NCBI GenBank assembly: GCA_963575745.1
Contig: CAUYUJ010000001.1
Location: 1,302,001 to 1,366,000, forward strand
Length of the DNA stretch: 64,000 nucleotides
Source: Prorocentrum cordatum
Taxonomy: Eukaryota
Direction of reading: 5' to 3'
Part shown: positions 59,771-64,000 of the stretch, in pieces
Numbering within the stretch: position 1 is the stretch's first letter
How the letters are laid out: each line of letters starts with the position of its first letter
Program-made: the position numbers and the translations under genes
Notes under the pieces: generated by a model
The model's database searches: none
Told to the model about the DNA's origin: nothing
The model's input: the letters and a program-made list of their open reading frames with translations, nothing else

Positions 59771-59932
59771 CTAAGTCGGGCCTGTCCCTCTACAGGAGGA
59801 ATATTCAAAAATAGTCGGAACAAATAGTCTCAGGATGATGTTTTCAGTAGTTGTTTAGTCAGTTTGGGGTATGTTTTGACCGCTAATCATTTCTCGTACG
59901 AAATCCCCTGTTGGAGGACAGGCCCGACTTAG
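59771..59932. mobile_element. MITE with ~26-bp TIRs and a perfect target-site duplication
   Basis: CTAAGTCGGGCCTGTCC..CAGG / CCTG..GGACAGGCCCGACTTAG. The flanks GGCTGGGA (59763-59770 and 59933-59940) match. They read as a 10-bp GGGCTGGGAC if the ends are moved in by 1 nt. Confidence 0.88.
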
Positions 59933-61184
59933 GGCTGGGACGAGGAGAAATCCGTTCCAGAGCGGTCCAGGACGCTCTGAGAAGGCCGCGGCGCCCGAGA
60001 CATCCTCCTGAGCCGCCAGGCCTCGGGGATTCTCGATGCATGGCCACCCGGATGTGTCCTCGTCCTGGCTTCGTCTGACTGCGAGAATCGGCAGCGTCGA
60101 TAGTGTATGCACGCGCGCGCGCACGCACAGCAAGGTCCAAAGCATGTCCAACATCAAGTCGTCGGAGGGCTGGACCTTCCCCTCTTCCTCTCTCCCCCCC
60201 CCTGCGTCCCCTGCCTCCTGCTCGTTCCTCGCCCTCGTTCTTCCTCGCGCCTCCTCGCTTCTCCTCGCCTCTCCTCGTCCCTGCCCCCTCTCCCCCTTGG
60301 GGTGCGTGGGCTGCCTGCCTGCCTCGTCGAGGACCCAGGCCCCCGACGTCGCAATCTTGCTCCACAGCGCGTGAAGCGATCTCGAGCCAATCCCCAGGGC
60401 CGGGCTCTCCTCCCGAGTAGTCTTGTCTGACGGCCCTGGGGCTTTTGGCGAGGGCCCCCCAAAAGAGCCGAGAGCAGCCGAGCACCTCTCGTCGCATGCC
60501 GCCACGACGCGAGAAGGATCCGGGCCCGGGATTCTCGAGTCGACTTCTGGACCTGTCCCGAGGCATTTCCTGAGCAGGATTCCGAAGGGCATCCAGCCAG
60601 GGCGACGAGAGGCCCCCGGGAGGCCCCAGAAAGGCGAGCAATGCCCCACACGATCGGCTCTCGAACCCCGATCCCGCACATCCGACCAGATGTGTTCGCT
60701 CAATGCGCGGTCCCTGCGCTCCCGACCCCCTCCCCAGGGCCACGTGTTCGCCCCAGATGCGTTTTTGTGATTGCCCCTGGGCCCGAAAGCGAGCCCCAGA
60801 CGCCGACTCCGAAAAAAAAGTCGTAGATCTGGGACGCATCCTCGAGCCCGCAATCCTCGAGCCCTGCAGGCCTCGAGCGTCCTCGAAGCTGCTGATTTCA
60901 GCATGACGCCCTCTCGCGCCGCAGCTGGCATCGCGCACCTGTATTGTGTCGTGGCGCTGGGGTTCAGGGGAGAGCGAAGAGGCTCGTGATAGGAAAAGTA
61001 CCGTGACGCCATGGCGCTTCCCCGGAGAGCAGCATGAAGAGGATGCAATTCCCAGGAGGTTTAGTTCAGCATCGGTTTCGAGATATCCGCGGTCGAAAAT
61101 GTCGCCCAATCCCGACTACTCTGGCCGAATCGGCCTTAATTTTGGGCTCAATGTGTGCTGGTCTGGTTTGATGGCGCCATGACA

Positions 61185-61408
61185 GGGCACAGTAGTTTGC
61201 AAGAAAAACTACATGAACCGAAGTGTTTGGAGGTCCGCGCGGATCTCTTGGATCGGCGCTACACCAAGCCCCCTGGCGGCGCCTCCAGCGCCGCCCCTGA
61301 CGCGCTCCGCGCGACAAGGAGAGGGCCCAGCGCCGACAAAAGAAATCCGCGCGGAGCTCCGAAAGTTGATGGTTAAGCCGGTGCTTCTTCCTCTACTTAC
61401 GCGTGCCC
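61185..61408. mobile_element. Diverged relative of the 59111-59307 palindromic element
   Basis: Shared core GGAGGTCCGCGCGGAT..CCCCTGGCGGCGCCTCC.GCGCCGCCCCTG..CCAGCGCCGA..AGAAATCCGCGCGGA. Outer ends GGGCAC/GTGCCC. Confidence 0.6.
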
Positions 61409-61862
61409 ACGAAGGCTTGCCAGCAGGAGTTGCTTCCTATGCCGCATGCGGGGCAGGCATCGTCAACGACAGGCACGCCCTGCAGGAGCGGCGGCTGCTC
61501 GTGGCGCGCCCCCCAAACCACCACCCCGTCTCTCTGTGGGCGCCGCCCCATGCAACCCCCCGCGCCAGGCCCCCACCCCACCCCGTCCTCCCTCCTCCTC
61601 TCCCTCCCTCCTCTACTCTCCTCCTCCTCTCTCTCTCCCTCCCCTCCTCCTCCTCCTCCCCCCCTCCAGTTCTCTCTCCTCCTCTTACTCGTCCCCACCT
61701 CCCCTCTCCTCTTTCCTCCTCCTCATCCTCCTCCTCCTCCTCCTCCTCCTCCTCCTCCTCCTCCTCTTCCTCCCTCATCCTCATCCTCATTCTCATCCTC
61801 CTCTTCCTTCTCACCATGATTCATTTTTATGTACAACTCCTCCCTGTCTCACCCCGAGGCCG

Positions 61863-62410
61863 GACGACGCGCGCGTCTGCACTTCGTCCCGTTTTTTGCA
61901 GAGGATTCTCGCGACGGCACACGCGCAAGGGCGTTCGACAGATTTCGACATGCGCGCAGCCCGTTTAAGAGCATGCTGTGAAAATCTTGAAAAGCCTACG
62001 GTTTCCTTAAGATTTCGCAAGAGCTCGCGCGGAAGCTTTTTTAGCAAATCCGTGTTGCGAAACCCTGTGTTTTTGTGTGTGTTTTTGGGAACTCGATTGC
62101 GAAATCTTTCCGGCACCGAAGGTTTTTGAAGGATTTCGGCATGCGCGCGCGACGACGCGCGCGTGTGCACTTCGTTTCATTGTTTGCAAAGGATTCGCGA
62201 AAAAGTGCGATGCTAGAACAAAAAATGGCACCGCATAGTGTTTTTTTATAAGGGAACCTCAGGGGGGGGGGGAACCCGGCCCCCCTGGGATAGTGTAAAT
62301 TCATATTTAGGATGGACATGTGGCCAGAATCATATATGATTCACATACCCGAAAGGGGGAGTGATAACGCTGGGGGGGGGTAGATCCTATTCTGTTTTTA
62401 GAAAGGAGAA
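61863..62410 (+). repeat. ~550-bp direct repeat, copy 1
   Basis: Aligns by eye with 63168-63716 from GACGACGCGCGCGTCTGCACTTCG to TAGAAAGGAGAAT. Confidence 0.9.
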
Positions 62411-62534
62411 TAAACACTTGCTCAACTTGAAGCTGTCCTCTCCACTGCTCGTGCAAGCATCCCACCCTCCCACCCGCAACTTGGTCGCAAGACCTCTTAA
62501 GATCGTGACGGTGGGTACCAAATGGCACTTGGCA

Positions 62535-62998
62535 GCGACGACGCCGACGTCGACGACGACGAAGACGACGACGCCAACGACGACGACGACGAAGACGACG
62601 ACGACGTCGCCAACGAAGACGACGACGAGGGAGGAGGGAGGACGACGACGGCGACAACGACGACAACGACGACAACGAGGGAGCAAGGAGGACGGCGACG
62701 AAGCGAACGACGAAGAAGGAGGAAGGACGGCGACGCCGACGACGACAACGACGAGGGAGGAGGGAAGACGAAGACGAAACGAAAAAGACGACGACGACGG
62801 TGACGAAATAGGAGGGACGACGACGAGACGCCGACGACGGACGACGACGACGACGACGAGGGAGGAGGAGGAAGGACGACCACGGCGACAACGACGACGG
62901 AAACGACCACGACGCCAAAGAGGACGACGACGACGAACACGAGGAAAGACACAAGACGACGTAGGCGACGACGACGACGACGACGCGGGAGGAGGGAA

Positions 62999-63032
<34 letters not shown>
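62535..63032 (+). repeat. Degenerate (GAC)n tract
   Basis: Direct reading of the sequence. Confidence 0.9.
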
Positions 63033-63167
63033 CCGCAAGAGCGCGCGCGCACGCTTTTGTTGAAAATCCGTGTTGCTAAACCTTGGGTTTTTGTAGGTTT
63101 TTTGGACACACGATTTTGAAATCCGTCCGAAACCGAAGGTTGTTGAAGGATTTCTGCATACGCGCGC

Positions 63168-63716
63168 GACGACGCGCGCGTCTGCACTTCGTCCCGTTTT
63201 TTGCAGAGGATTCTCGCGACGGCACACGCGCAAGGGCGTTCGACAGATTTCGACATGCGCGCGCGAAGCCCGTTTAAGAGCATGTTGTGAAAATCTTGAA
63301 AAACCATGATTTCCTCAAGATTTCGCAAGAGCTCGCGCGGAAGCTTTTTTAGCAAATCGGTGTTGCGAAACCCTGTGTTTTTGTATGTTTTTTGGGAGTT
63401 CGATTGCGAAATCCGTCCGGCACCGAAGGTTTTTGAAGGATTGCGGCACGCGCGCGCGACGACGCGCGCGTGTGCACTTCGTCTCATTTGTTGCAAGGGA
63501 TTCGTGAAAAAAGTGCTATGTTAGAACAACAAATGTCACCGTATAGTGTTTTTTACTAGGGAACCTCAGGGGGGGGATACCGGCCCCCCTGGGATAGTGT
63601 AAATTCATATTTTGGATGGACATGTAGTCAGAATCATACATGATTTACATACCCGAAAGGGGGAGTGATAACGCCAAGGGGGGGTAGAGACTATTTTGTT
63701 TCTAGAAAGGAGAATC
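63168..63716 (+). repeat. ~550-bp direct repeat, copy 2 (preceded by an extra partial subunit at 63035-63167)
   Basis: See copy 1. Segment 63035-63167 matches ~62017-62148. Confidence 0.9.
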
Positions 63717-64000
63717 TACGTTTTGCAATCTATGTTGTGCGATAAATGTTGTGCTGTATGTGCGGTACACACGATGTTGTGCAATGTAGGTTGCGCGAAA
63801 CATGTTGTGCAATGCACGCGATGCAAGATATGTGGTGCAAGTAATTGTTGTTCGCAGCGAGTTGCCACTTCCACGGCTCACGCAATCTTCCCAGCCACCC
63901 AGCGCTGGTTGGCGCATCGCTGCGGCCGCGCACGCGCGCGCAGGCTTGCCGCAGAGCGGCCAGTTAGTTTGGCGCGACCGACGCGGCCGCGGTGGCGCTG

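Overview
This is repeat-dominated, GC-rich eukaryotic DNA. I see no intact host gene, rRNA or CRISPR array. The repeat style (very long CCT/CAT/GAC microsatellites, CTTGG/CCAAG-periodic elements, large LINEs) suggests a dinoflagellate such as Prorocentrum, but that is inference. Main contents: (1) a ~11.5-kb decayed non-LTR retrotransposon on the minus strand (~39770-51240) with a coiled-coil ORF1 and an unusual order RNase H - APE endonuclease - RT - 2x C2H2 - extra C-terminal region; (2) a second, much more degenerate LINE on the plus strand (~18150-20880) whose conserved motifs appear rewritten mainly by A/T->G/C transitions (YADD reads as RAGG); (3) a nested cluster of non-autonomous elements with Helitron2-type ends (3465-5915), including two nearly identical head-to-tail 933-bp copies; (4) two 'ORF + hairpin-dense tail' cassettes embedded in microsatellites (11.8-12.9 kb and 35.1-36.55 kb); (5) many MITE-like palindromic elements, one with a clean target-site duplication; (6) 53-, 70-, 84- and ~160-bp minisatellite arrays and a 4.6-kb trinucleotide tract. 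Most ORFs in the supplied track are artefacts of low-complexity repeats.
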